A stretch of DNA of 64,000 nucleotides from Octopus sinensis (Eukaryota). The position numbers and the translations under genes are program-made. The notes below the pieces were generated by a model. That model did not search any database, had not been told where the DNA came from, and was given only the letters and a program-made list of their open reading frames with translations. This document shows positions 12,543-25,985 of the stretch, in pieces; position 1 is the first letter of the stretch, and each line of letters starts with the position of its first letter. The stretch spans positions 100,192,001-100,256,000 of the forward strand of contig NC_042997.1 in the NCBI RefSeq assembly GCF_006345805.1. Direction: 5' to 3'.

Positions 12543-14984
12543 CAGGCATACCTCAGCTTAAGTCATTCTTGATTATATGTCAGTTTTCAAAAATAATATA
12601 TGGAACAATAAAAATCAAGTTAAGTCATTTTACTCAAATCCACATCTGTCCACCATAAATATTGGAATCGTAAAATGACTAGGAAACCAATAAAAGCACA
12701 TAAAATCATGTTACTGTACTAAAAATAAGAATAAAATCATATTAAAATATGTACAGTAAATATTAAGATACACACCATAAAGTAGTGTAGCTTAGTGAAC
12801 GAAATCATAAAATCAGCTGAGTTGTCTTATTTATTGGTCTTCCAGAGCTCATATTGCACTGTAGTTCCAACATCTACCGTTAGGCGTCGTTGTCACTCGT
12901 GATTCCCGCAATTATTTTGAATTCAGATTTGTTTATGTCTGTTTACTGGCCACTTTCTTATTCTCATTCATTTGTGACTTTATTTTTTGCCCCCCATGGC
13001 TTCTAAGAAAATTCATAGTGAAAGTGCTAAGTGTCATGCTATAACGTTGGAAGATAAACTCGCTATGATAAAACACCATAAAAAAGGTGAAAAAGTAGTA
13101 GCAATTGCATGGTCTTTTGGGATGAGTTGGACAAGACAACTGTATCAATGATTGTACATAATAAGGACAAGATTTTAGAACATATCAAATCTAAAGCTCC
13201 AGGGATGAAGAATGCTGACATTAATAAGAGGCAAAATCTTTAAAGAACTGGAAAGGCTTCTTTTTCTTTGGATTGTTAGGTTGAACTGTCAGCGTGCTAC
13301 TATTAGTTAAGAAATCATTGAAGAGAAAGCGTTGTCTTTGAGGACCTGAAGAAATATCCAGATGAGAAAGATGTAGAGTTCAAGGCAAGTCAAGGATGGT
13401 TGAGATTTAAGGAGTGAGGAAGTTATCACTCCATTAAGAAGCAAGGTGAAAGTGCATCAGCTGATGGACAATCAGTAGCAGAATTTCCTAATGTATTAAA
13501 ACAAAAACCATCGAAGAAAACAGGTTTCTTCCCAAACAGATTTTTAACATAGATGAAACTGGATTGTATTACCAGACCATTCATTCATTTCCAAGGAGAA
13601 AACTATTCCAGGCTACAAGGTCTCAAAAGAATGTGTGACCATTATGTTGGGAGGTAATTGTGCAGGAGATTTTAAGTTAAAGCCATTGCTCGTCTATCAT
13701 GCACACAAACCCCGTGCCCAGAAGAACATACCCAAGGCATCTCTCCCTGCTATATGGATGGCTAATTCAAAAGCATGGGTTACTGTTGTTGCTTTTGAAG
13801 GTTGGTTCTTCAATCATTTTATCCCAGTAGAAGAGAAGTACTGTAAGAAGAAGAGGATTCCTTTTAAGGTTTTACTTATCTTAGATAATGCTCTTGGCCA
13901 CCTGCAAAACATCGTAGATTTTGACCCCAACATTACCATCATATACCTCCCTCTGAATACCATGTCTCTTCTGCAGCCAATGGATCAGAGAATAATTGGT
14001 ATCTTCAAGCGTTACTATATGAAGCGTATGCTGAGGCATGTAATAGCTGCAACTGATCTTGATGAGTCCATAACACTTCACAACTTTTGGAAGGGATACA
14101 ATATCGACAAGGCTGTACAGAACACAGCAGTGGCATGGAATGATGTACAGAGCATGGCTATGAATGGTGTATGGAAGAAGCTATGCACACAATTCATGAA
14201 TGATTTTAAGGAGTTTGGTAATGTTGCCATTAACAAAACGTTGGTGACTATGAGCAAAGGACTGGAAATGGATTGGAGGATGATTTTACAGATTTATTTG
14301 AAAAAGACAAGCAGTCCCTAATGAACAAGGATTTGATAGAGCTTCACAAGCAGCAAAATAATAAAGAAGAGGGAGTCGAACCTGAGCTACATCACTGTAC
14401 CATTAAGAAAATGCAGCAAGCATTTGTATACATTGAAAAAGGTTTTTCTATGTTTGAGGATATGGATCCAAATGTTCAACCCATTTCCAAAATTATGGGG
14501 GTCTTGTCACGAAGCTTTTGCTCCTTATAATGTAATCCTTGAGGAAAAGAAATAGAAAACAGTTCAAGGAACTCTCAACTAGTTTTTTAAGTGCATCGAA
14601 CAAGAACAGCCAGAGTCAGCTCTTGATGTTGGTGATCCAGAGCCATTACATCCATGATGCAAACCACCAAATTGTATGTATGTATTGGTAAATTTAAAAT
14701 AATTTAGTTTTTTTACTATTGCAAAATAATAATAATCAATGATTTTGTTTTTAAGCTTAAAAAAGGCTTTTATTTTACCATGTCTTATTGCAAACCACAT
14801 CATAAACAAAGTGTCAGTGATGTACGGTAAACACCACTAAATTGTATGTGTAAATTTAGATTACTTTTTTTTTTTACTAGCGACAAGTAAATTTGGCCTT
14901 GCCTAACCTAGCCTAGAAACAAGTTAATTCGACTTAAGTTGTGTCTTGTGGAACCAATTAACGATGGAGGGTGAGGTATGCCTG
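12543..14984 (+). mobile_element. Full-length (2442 bp) Tigger/pogo DNA transposon with a disrupted transposase
   Basis: Perfect 12-bp TIRs CAGGCATACCTC (12543) and GAGGTATGCCTG (to 14984); TA on the left, TT on the right. ATG at 12996 starts an HTH-like MASKK..ITLEDKL. Catalytic motifs FNIDETGL, LILDNALGH and LQPMDQ (DD32D). ORF 13635..14321 is Tigger1/TIGD1-like. Confidence 0.93.
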
Positions 14985-16098
14985 TTGTATTAATAAGCTG
15001 AGCAGATAAAAAGCAGTCTATTATCAGTAAAACTTTCTTTATCAAGAGGGGTTTGCAAGATAGTTGATCGAAAAAATTCAGCTGAAAAAGCCCTGTACAT
15101 TTGTTGTATATGTAATTATGTGTTATGTCCTTGGCATAGCAGTGATCACACTTCCCCCTCCAATGTCATTTAATTAGTAACAAACAAGCACAAAAAGAAA
15201 CAGGCAAATGGAGCACCATACTAATTTAAATGTACTTTGGTATTTTAAATTGCTGAGATTTGATCCTCTAAATTTAAGAATATAAATGCACTGACAAACC
15301 CAAAATTATAAACTACTTTCAACTAAACAACATTAAACTAAAACATTCTATCAATCATAGTAGGACAAGCTAAACTTTGAGACACTTTGGTTTCTTTTCA
15401 GAACCCAGTCAGTTTTGATTCAGAAAACCCTATTTCATTTAACTGGCACGATCAGATATATACATTTCTCTCACCTTCCTCTGTTGCTTGAACAACTGCC
15501 ATTCAAACATCCTTCACTGAACATTAATTTTTGTTGAATTGTAGTTACCAAGTGGATAAGGAATTCACATATTAGTTTGAATTGTTCTTGTCAAGATAGA
15601 AGCACAAAATCTTTCCTGCAACAATAATCTAAGTCCACAGCCATCATCTGCATGCAAATATCATCTGGTTGCATGTAACATGAGTTTGTTAACTGTCTTA
15701 GGTGCCTAAGCAGTCAGAAGCAGACACCTTCTCAGCTCACCCACTTTTTAACTTAGAAGAAGAATGGGCAGGTGGAAGGAGCTAGACTAGGCTAAAGCTT
15801 GTTTTCAGTTGAGAAGGCTAAAGCAAGAAGTTTTGAAACAACAGTCTTTGTGTTGAAACTGAATTCCCTCATATAAAAAAAATGGGTGATTAACTCATTA
15901 ATAAATTTTCTTCTCAGATTCATTGAAACATTTGATCCTTTCAGCTTTCAGATTTTATTCATGCCATTTCTAGATTATCAAATCCTTTCTTTCTCTTTGT
16001 ACCACAAGATAAAATATAATATTTCTCAGATATATAGAGTTCTATGCTTTCTGCCAGGATGATAAAATACATTTTAAAAACAATGAGATAAAACTAAC

Positions 16099-16133
16099 CT
16101 GAACTTGAAATAGATGAGCTATATGTAAACGTA
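16099..16133 (-). CDS. KDM6A: KDM6A/UTX micro-exon, 35 nt: (I)RLHIAHLFQVQ
   Basis: Long polypyrimidine tract ending tttccag, donor CAG|gttagt. Phase 1 to 0. Matches UTX IQFHIAHLYETQ. Too short to appear in the ORF track. Confidence 0.92.
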
Positions 16134-17778
16134 CTGGAAAGAAAAAAAAAAGAGAAAAAGTAAATATAATAAAGCAGCTTATTTTTTTGGAAAATGTAAA
16201 TTAGTAATAAGATACTTGCAAATCTTTATAATTAAGCTGTTAGCACCAGTTAGGGCAAGGTTGATATCCCAGTTCTAAATTTTTTAGAAAACTGTAAAGT
16301 TCTACGCTTTTTAATTTTCAACTTCACTGGGCATAATCATACACACATAACCTCGTATTTTCTCCACCGAAATTCAGGCTTATCAGATGAGAATGCCCAC
16401 AATTCAAAACATGCCATGCTTCTTATCCTATCAACAGTTATCTTCTGACTAGTTAAAAAAATTTTTAGTTACTTGTTAAATAAATTTATCAAACTACCCT
16501 TTTTGGTATCCCAAAGTATTTCTTTTAAAATCTCAACCAGCCCTATAAAAGAACTAAATACACTCTAAATTAAACAAATATTAGATTTACTTACATAATT
16601 AAATGAAATATATTAGTTTAAATTAGTGCCAATAAGAGGTTCCAGACCAGCAATGTTTTGAAAGTCACAGTTGTACCAGAGAGGGCCTATATGAACCTCT
16701 ACTACAACAAAAGACTTAATACAGTTTGCAACAAGTAACTTGCTTTGAGAAATATGAGATCTTCAAAACATTTTTTTTTCCTTCTTAAACGTGCTGAAGC
16801 TATTCATCACTGAGGCTTCTCTTGGCTTTCACATTTTCTTTCTCATTGCTGAGCATTTTATTGTAATTCATTGTTTTCAGCGTAAATTCATAACTAGATG
16901 ACACAGCATGCTACATTACACTTCAAAGAATAATTGTATTCTTAGTCAACTGCCTCTTCTTGTTATGAAAGAATGAAGTGTTTTTTGCCCTCAAAGCCAA
17001 CCTAATTATCAAGTAACATGTTGGTTAATTCACTTTTTGTAGTATATACCACATAATATATTCTGTTTATTCAGTGACACAGCCATCAGCAGAACACAAT
17101 AATTAACACCTTGTTTGGTAGAATGAAGGAGATTCTTTCATATACACTTGCTGCATATGCAATATTTGTCTCTACATCAACCACTGATCCCAAATCCAAG
17201 AACAAAATTACCCCCAAAACTTCAGCTGCCTATCTGCCAACTTCATATACTGCATTGCAAGCAACTCTATAATGCCCAGTATGTAAATAAAAGAAAAAAC
17301 AGACCACTGTGTAAATGGCTGCTTTTGCAAGAACCTATACCATATTTGAGATGTAGGAGACTCCTGCAAGAGATGTCAAAGCTGTAACCACAAGGTTGCT
17401 GAGTGAACTTAACTGTATGGCCATGACAGATCCATATATTAGAAGAATAACAATATATACATAAAACAATTGTTGATTATATAGATAGATCAACTTTGTT
17501 AATACAGAGACATTTATAAGCCATCAAGAGAGCCTGTACCCAAGCCAATGAGAAAGCCAACATAATTACTTAATGTTCTTGAGATAGCAGCAAAATCTCC
17601 TTCAGACGAAACTCTAATGAATTAAAACAAAAAAGGTAGGATATTTTGGATAAAGTTGTTCTTAAAGCACTATGATTGAGAAAAAGTCATACTGAGAGAG
17701 AATTGATAAATGCATTATAATAAAATATTGAAAAATATTTGAAGAAATTGCAACTCAAAATGAAACAAATTAACTTAC

Positions 17779-17833
17779 TTTCAGCTTTTGACACAGTACA
17801 CTTACTACTATCTTGAAGAGCTAAGCGGAAATG
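17779..17833 (-). CDS. KDM6A: KDM6A/UTX internal exon, 55 nt: HFRLALQDSSKCTVSKAE(I)
   Basis: Acceptor tttgacag|CAT, donor A|gtaagt. Phase 0 to 1. Matches UTX HFQLALVDCNPCTLSNAE. Confidence 0.92.
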
Positions 17834-18289
17834 CTGTCAAACAAAAATTTAAATGGACAGAAAATTAGGTATTTAATAACATAATAATATAAAAAGAAAG
17901 ACAATTTTCCACAAAATAAGGTAAAACTATATGATGTATAAACTAGATTCAAATTGACATAAATTTTAGCTAGCAGAGATAAAATTATGATTTAAACAAA
18001 TATTAAAAAGTTGGATTTCAGTCAACAGTTTCTCTATTGCTTTGCATTCAGTTCTATGGTGAGGTGCCAAACAAGTATCTTCTACTGTTACCCCAGGCTG
18101 ACTTGGTGCTAAGATGCATGAAATTACATGAATGTGGTCATACGAGAGTGATAAGCACATAATTGTACAGCAGAGGAGAGATGACAAAGCTTTGAAGTAA
18201 GTGAACTAGTGATTTGAAGCATGGAGGGAGTCTGTTGTGGAGTCGGAAACCTAGGTCTTTAAGTCTCCATATCCTGAAGAATAAAGAGA

Positions 18290-19330
18290 CAAAAAGAGTA
18301 ACTGAATTGTTGCAATACCATAAACACAAATGAATCATCTGTGTTGACCTTAAAATGATATGCTTCCTTCTTGGTCAGATACACCAAATATCCCTGCTTT
18401 CTGTATATATTGGACAGCAAACTTGAGACTAACATAGGGTATAGAAGAATAGGCCTCTAAGATCTGACCTCAAACCTGGTGATCACCACAGTTTACATGA
18501 GCCACTTGTTGACAAAGAAAATTGTATTCCCATCTCTGCACATGAAACTGGGTCTCATGAAGCAATTCGTTAAAGCATTGCCAACTGAAGATGATTGTTT
18601 CAAGTACCTCAGTTTGGCATTTCCTGGCCTGTCAACTAAAAAAAAAAAAACCAAAGCCAGTGTGATTGATGGTCCAAATTTGGTAGCTCGTCAAAAATGA
18701 ACATTTTATTGAGATAATGTCAGAACTCAAAAAGAATGTTTGGTTTTCATTGTGAAGAACTTTCTTGGAAATACATCAGCAAAGAATTGCACTGAAATTT
18801 CCCAGAAACTATTGGAGAACTACAAAATGCTCAGTTGCTGCATAAGCATCAAGTTGCAGTTTCTGCATAGCTGTCTTGCTAACTTCTCAGAAAACCTTGA
18901 TTTGAAGGTCATGGAGAGAAATGCGAGTACGTGAAAACACTTGCTGGATTGGGATATAAATATGATGACTATTGTTGAAGCATAAAGTGAAAATGTCCAT
19001 AGACTGAACACTCCAGGAAAAAATAAGTGTAAATTTTACTATAACTACTTGCATGCAATTTGATTTATAGTAACAATATCCTTTCAATAAACAAAATAAA
19101 GTTGTTACAAGCATTACAGTCAAGCAATTTTTTTAATTTTCCATTGTATGTAAATTTTGAAAATGTTCTATAAAATAAGCACAAATTTGTAAGATGCAAT
19201 ATTTCAAAGGTTTTTGAGAAGAAGAGAGGGTATCTTGTGGCTCAAAAAGTTGATGCCATACAGGAAAACAAGTCATTTTTGGATTCAGAGGCTAAAAAAG
19301 TCAGTCAAAAACAAGTGTTGGATCTAACTC
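18290..19330 (+). mobile_element. Chapaev3-like (CMC group) DNA transposon relic
   Basis: Frameshifted motifs IICVDLKMICFLLGQ..YTKYPCFL, PSLHMKLGLMKQFVKALP..CFKYL..FPGLS, VKNFLGN..SIKLQFLHS and LKVME. The motif series is clear; the superfamily name is from recall. Termini not located. Confidence 0.7.
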
Positions 19331-19632
19331 CAACTGATTGGCATATAATATTAAAAATTCAAACGAAACTGAGTGAGATTTGAAACTAAAACAGTTATAT
19401 CAAAATAAATGTTATGAAACATTATGTTTCACTATTTTTGTTTTTTTTTAAAGAGATAAGATAATGAGAAGAGCTTTGCAGTCAAATTTGTAAGACTAAT
19501 GAGTTTGATTTTTAGCTTGAAAATCTGTAGGGTAAATTATGAGCAAGGAAAAAGGATCAAGAAAAGCATTTAGTATAGACTCCATAATACAGGACATAGT
19601 AAGAGTAGAAATATGTGTGAGCTAGGAGAGGA

Positions 19633-20340
19633 CATCATCATTTAACATCTGTTTTCCATGCTGGCAGAGGTTGGACAGGAGCTGGTGGAACCAGCAACCA
19701 CACTAGGCTCCATTGTCTGTTTTGGGTTTTGGCATGGTTTCTACAGCTGGATGTCCTAATTAATGCCAACTATTTTACAGAGTGTACTGGATGCTTTACA
19801 CATGGCTCCACACCAACAGGATTGTCAATTACCTTGCAAGACAAAAATCCCTCAGCTAGAAGGTAGGGGTGACTTTGTGCCAGTTGATGAGAGACAAAAG
19901 GTATAGAGGGTCAGGGATAGTTGTCTAGCTGTAGAGTATATACATGGATACCCTGGTTGGAAAAGAAAGGACAGTGAGATAGAGAGTAGGATAAAGAGAG
20001 TGGTAGTGAGAGAGAGGTGGTGGTAAAGATGTGTCAGGACATGCCCTCAAGGAACACTGGGGGTGGTGAGAATAAGTGAGGTGATATAGAGGTTTGAACT
20101 GGGTGAGTAGGAAGGACAGTGGAAAATGAGGGGGCAAAATATAGGAGGGGCATGGAGTTGAGGGTTGTGATAGGTATGCATGATCATTGAGAGTGATAAC
20201 AGATAAATGAGGTGTTAACCATACAGGGCAGAGAACACACAGAAAGGTGATTGGTGGAAACAGTAGGTGGGGAAAGATAATGAAGAATAGAGGTAATGTG
20301 AGGTGGGTAGGGGGAAAGAAAGGTAACTGAGATAGTGGGG
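19633..20340 (-). mobile_element. Old RTE-tailed element with a long purine/pyrimidine-biased body
   Basis: catcatcatttaacatctgttttccatgctggc tail at 19633 followed by a GA-rich run. Similar elements at 28790-29480 and 57890-58410. Confidence 0.6.
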
Positions 20341-21329
20341 GGGGGGGTAATAACTAATTAAGAGGAGCATTGGCTATTGGTCTAGCAATAGAAGCAGCAG
20401 CTATAAGCTTTGAATCTTTGCCATTCTGCTGAATGGTGTTTTTTTCTTCTTTTTTTGGCATGTGGTCTAGAATGCTAGTAGATCTAGCAGCAGGACCATC
20501 CCCTGAATATGAACAATATTTACATATCACTTTTGCTTGAGTATTAGCAACTGATAAGGCTGAAGTATTTCTTGCTTTAAATAGGATTCTTAATCTTAAT
20601 AAAGTAGCTTTGGCTATGTTATGCATACAAAGTCATCATGAGAACTCATCAGAAACTGAAACCCAGCATTTGTAACAACTTTAAAGGTTTTAGTTTTGTT
20701 AGCCATACAAGACTGTTTTCATGATATAAATTGCAATACTGTCATTGTGCTGTCTAAAAACAATGCTTGTCATGTCTCCAATTAAAGACACTATCAAGGT
20801 CTCTGTTCATGAAGGCAGAGTATGTTTGGCTGAGGTGTTCAGGTTGTATGTGAATGACATGTATACAAGTGAATAAAAGAGAACTGAAAGGAAATAACAT
20901 CTGCATAGGAGTATGTGGTGACAGCAAGTTAAGTTAAGGCACAGAAGGAAGAATGTGGAAGACACTACCAAACCTTGATATACATCAAAGTTAATGCAAA
21001 CTAGAAGTTGTTAGGTTGGAAAGAAAGACCTGTAATATTTTCAACATGATCTTTTCAAGGCTACTTTTTTCAATACTTATGGTAAAATGAGCACTAATAT
21101 TTACATACTATTGCTTTCTTCTTTCTTAAGAAGTTTGTATTGATTTTATCCTTTTAAAACAGTTTAGATCAGACATATTAGATGCTGCATGCTAAATGAA
21201 TTCAAAAGGGGCTCTTCAGCAATAAAAGCAGCAAGAAACATTCCTTTTGCCCATTGAAACGAAGCTTTAAGTATCTGGACATGCCAACAATGGTTTGGCC
21301 AGTTTTTTCTCTTGCAGATCCTCCTTAAC

Positions 21330-22170
21330 CTGGACAGACAAGTTCTGTCAATAACGAGCTTCTGAAAACTGTGTTTGAACAAAACAAGAAGTAAACTGTA
21401 TGAGAATTAGCAAAACAGTTTAATTCAAGATGCATTTTAACCATAGAACACTTTTATAAACAATGAAAAGTGTCTAAACTTGGTCAGTGGGTCCCTCATC
21501 ATGTGACTGATTTTTAGCTTTAAAAAAGGGTTGCTCTCTACTTGTCACTGAAGAGAAGATTTGCTTCAGAATATTTCCTAAGTAGAATCATTGCAAGTGA
21601 TGAAAAATAGGTTTTCTATAATCATATCCAATAAAATGACAATGGTTAAACATCCAATGAAAGAGAAGCAATCCTCAAACCAGGACTAATCTGGAAAAAG
21701 TTATGCTCTGTGTCGGGTAGGATATGAAGGATGTTGTCTATCATGAAGTGTTAAACTAAGACAAGAATTTTTGCAGAAAAGTACTGTTGTCAATTGGAAA
21801 CATTTCACAAAAACGTACATAAAAAGCACCCATCATTGGTCAACTATGAAGGGTTGTTGTCCCTACATGATAATGCAAGATGCATTACCTAAGTCACTCA
21901 AGAAAGATAATGTCAATAAACATGGAAGTTTTACATCACAGTCTTTTATTCTCCTAAGCTCGCTCCATTTCACTATCTTCTTTTCAGATCATTGCAACAT
22001 CATTTAGAACAGAAACAGTTTATTAATTGTGAAGAGAAGAAAAAATACTATCTAGTGTTTCTTTGCTTCAGAATCTGAATTATACACCCAAAGGATCAAG
22101 AATTTGCCAAATAGATGAGATTATGTTTTTAATAATGACGGGAAATAATACTTTGATTAAATACATCAAT
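21330..22170 (+). mobile_element. Degenerate mariner transposase relic
   Basis: Motifs LGQWVPHH (WVPHEL-like, ~21481), IIASDEK*VFYN, YCCQL, LHDNAR and SPKLAPFHYLLFRSLQ (YSPDLAP-like), with stops and frameshifts. TIRs not identified. Confidence 0.85.
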
Positions 22171-23148
22171 TAAGACTGAAGAAACAAATGAAACAAGTCA
22201 TTCTTTCTAAGCTAATATGTGACATTTATCACATCAAATTAATTTAAGTTTGTACTGGGTCTGAATATTTAACTATCTTTATAGAAGATAATCCTAGATT
22301 TTTCTCTTGTTTTATCTTCATTTCATAGGTGCAACGGCTTTTGGAGGACCATTTAATTTTACAGCAGGGTACTATTCCTGCTACAAACTACTGATCTGTG
22401 AAATATAAATGGAGCTTGCTTTTGAAAGTCAAGCAGACTGAGTTAAATACCTTGCTCAGAAACAAGTACATTTTGAATAGTAGCTCTACATTTATAATTA
22501 GAAAGCATATAAAAATGTATGTCAAACAAGAAATATTTTGATAAAATTTTCATATTTTCCTTTCATTTTTTAACAAACTAATTTCCTAGTATATAAAAAA
22601 ACGCTTTGGGTTTTAACAAAATTAACAAAAGATCAATGTAATATAATCATAAAGTCAAATTCATTAAAAATCATTGCATATTATTAATGTTCACTGCATA
22701 TATTACTAATTAAAATATGCTAATTAATCATGAATATTTAAAATTTTATTTCATTAAAATGTCTCTTTAATTTATTCTTGCCAGGGATGACATTAATGAT
22801 AAACAATTCCAAAAAAAAAAAAATTAACTTTTCATGTGGCTGTGTATCCCTCCCCAACATTTTCTTCATATGTCATTTTTCAGAAAGCTTTGCAAAGCAA
22901 ATCATTTTTCCTATAAATGCTGCTCAATGATAAAATCTTATGTCATTAAGTATGTAACTGATTACAGAATTGATATCAAAGAAATGTTTCAAGTAGATGG
23001 GAATGGCAAGTTGAACAGGATGAAACTTATTAATTTAAGATTTTGTAAAAGAAACATTCAAATGGGTTTGAGCTATAGTCTAATACTAAAATTCAGATAT
23101 GATTTACAACTGAGTAGAACTACATCTAATTCAAATACAATTAAGATG

Positions 23149-23151
<3 letters not shown>

Positions 23152-23197
<46 letters not shown>
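23152..23197. repeat. (TA)n microsatellite
   Basis: About 23 TA units abutting the RTE tail. Confidence 0.95.
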
Positions 23198-23199
<2 letters not shown>

Positions 23200-23792
23200 T
23201 CATCATCATCATTTAACGTCCGCTTTCCATGCTAGCATGGGTTGGACGGTTCAACTGGGGTCTGGGGAGCCCGAAGGCTGCACCAGGCCAGTCAGATCTG
23301 GCAGTGTTTCTACAGCTGGATGCCCTTCCTAACGCCAACCACTCCGAGAGTGTAGTGGGTGATTTTATGTGCCACCGACACAGGTGCCAGACGAGGCTGG
23401 CGAACGGCCACGCTCGGATGGTGTTTTTTTTATGTGCCACCGACACAGCACGCTCGGATGGTGTTTTTATGTGCCACCGACACAGGTGCCAGACGAGGCT
23501 GGCAGACGGCCACGCTCGGATGGTGTTTTTTATGTGCCACCGACACAGGTGCCAGACGAGGCTGGCAGACGGCCACGCTCGGATGGTGTTTTTATGTGCC
23601 ACCGACACAAGTGCCAGATGAGGCTGGCAAACGGCCACGATCGGATGATGTTTGTTACGTGCCCACAGCACGAAGCCAGTCGATGCGGTACTGGCTACGG
23701 CCACGTTCGGATGGTTTTCTTGTGTGCCACCGGCACTGGTACCACAAAGATACAAATTCCATTGATGTTCATCTATTTTGATTTGTTTTGAT
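23196..23792 (-). mobile_element. Young RTE-tailed retroelement with an internal ~62-bp tandem array
   Basis: (CAT)n tail and ~170 nt homologous to the LINE tail 37061-37226. About 7 units (one internally deleted, the last two diverged) of tgtgccaccgacacaggtgccagacgaggctggc..ggccacgctcggatggtgtttt at 23367-23740. CpG-rich. Confidence 0.9.
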
Positions 23793-25985
23793 AATTATAC
23801 CCTGTGTCTTGTAGATACTGAAATAACATACCAATAACGAAATGAGTAAAATGTTATATACTATTTTACAAAGAACATAGCTGTTAATAATGGGATTGTT
23901 TTACTTGAATTTCATGCTTTTATAGATCATATTTCTAACAAGATTTTAAAAATTAGGATTGGATAGATTTGATAAAATACCTCTTAGTTGTATATTAAGC
24001 TGGTACTTTGCAAACAAATTAACAAAAGGTTTTTCACCTAAAACTATTGTGGAATCTATAACAAGATTTTAGAGAAGATTTTTATGAATACACTATTACG
24101 AGTGGGTTTTCAATAAGTTGGAAACAGGACCAAGAACCATCTCATATAAATTTTATCTTCAATGAGTTAATATTGTGTAACATTCAAAATAAATTAGTTT
24201 TTCTTTCTTTCTAAATATTAAATTTTATGTAAAAAAAGAAAAAGTTGTTTAATTGATAATGCATAGGATATACTTTCCCTATGTTTAAAATTATGTTTCA
24301 TACATATCAATAAGCCATAAAAATAACCATTTGGCTAAGGAAAAGTAAGTTAATTTCTTATAGAAACTATTATCAAATACTTCCTAAATGTTCAGCTCAT
24401 GAAAAGGATGAAGTATTTTAATGGTTTTAAAATACTTTAAATTACACTATCACTAGCTGAAGATTGTTTTAATAGTAATAACACAATTTTCATTTTAGAC
24501 AAAGTGCTCATTCTTTTAAATAAACAAGAAAACTTTATATGAAGTTATTTGATAAAAAAATACTAATGTGTAGAATGGTTAGGTGAAGGAGATATTTGGT
24601 TTGGATTGAAACATAGTCTACCTTCTAGTAAAACAAGACACCAGAACATCTCATGAAAAATATTAATTCTGGAAAAGAAGGGGTGGACTAGCCAAACCTC
24701 AGAATAAACTTTTAACCACACAGAAGTTGGGGGCTTTCTACAAGATGATATTAACTAAAGAATGAACAAACATGTAAGAGGTAAAAGAGAATTTTTTCCA
24801 CCCAAAGATGAATAGACAACTAACAGATTGACAACAGTTAAGGTATCTGATCATAAAATGCTGTCTCAAAATTGAACCTGTTCATCCCATGCCAGTATAA
24901 AAAAGCAGATGTAAAATGATGAGGCAGTGATAATGATGAATACTGTTCCAGTTTTTATTTACCATAATGGCTTATTAAGAAGGACTGTAAGCTGTTAAAA
25001 ACATTGTTGCAAATGAAAAATGTATATGATTGGAAGAAATTCTGTACGAACAGTGGACCAGATAGAAGATAGATCTTTGAATATAACCAAGTTAATTGGT
25101 TGGAATGCCCAAAAGAGATGCATCTTTTTAATATTGCAAAAAAATGGGCAACAAGGTAACTGCCAAGTCAATTAATTAGGTAAAATAATAATAAAACACA
25201 TGAAAAAATATCTAGATTTCCTTGCTAAGTTCCAGTTTTCTTCTGTAAAGTTATCTGGAGCAAGGTATCACACTACATTTTGAGAGCAAAGAATGCACAA
25301 TATGTAATAATTGGAACAAGTTCTTTAGAACGCCATATTAGTAGTTAAAGGGACAGATAAAAATGTAATTATGTTGATCTAAACATCGTCTTCACCAAGC
25401 TCCTCAAAACCAAGAAACCATATACACACACACATACATATCAACAAGTGAGCATAAATCACTCTGCGTAACATGATTTTTGTCTGCAGGTAGCAACTGT
25501 TATTTCCTATTTGCTTACCCCTAGTAAGTATGAAAAATGGCTAATATTTCCTTCAAACTTTGCTTTTGTTACATTTATTCAAACACGAAAGACTCCTTCT
25601 CAACACATGGCAATGATACTCCCAAACTATCCTGCTCAGTGATGTACATATTATCAATCACTAAGGGACATACTCAAGTGGCTATGGTCAAGCAACTGAC
25701 AAGCAAATTTGTTGTATTGAGTAGAATATTTGATATAATGATATTTCTGCTTCAGCAACTCAGTGCTGAACATGTCTGAAATGTAATGGAAAATAGGCCA
25801 ATTTCAAAACACTGATGCCCAGGTCACAAAAGCAAAGGAATAGTAGTCATTTCTTTTGATTTACAGACAGAAGCAAATAGGAAATAACACTTACTGACCA
25901 AAGACAAAAAAGAAAGTGTTATATAGTCATCTGATAAGGAACAAAAAACAACAAAAAAAAGTTTGCAAAAACATACAATAATTAC

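Noticed and set aside
23367-23740. Regularly spaced repeats resembling a CRISPR array
   Set aside because: The units are contiguous tandem copies without unique spacers, in a eukaryotic intron with no cas genes.
23213-23791. Four overlapping 130-180 aa ORFs on both strands
   Set aside because: They are open only because a GC-rich ~62-bp tandem array lacks stop codons. The peptides are repetitive and lie in a retroelement 3' UTR.
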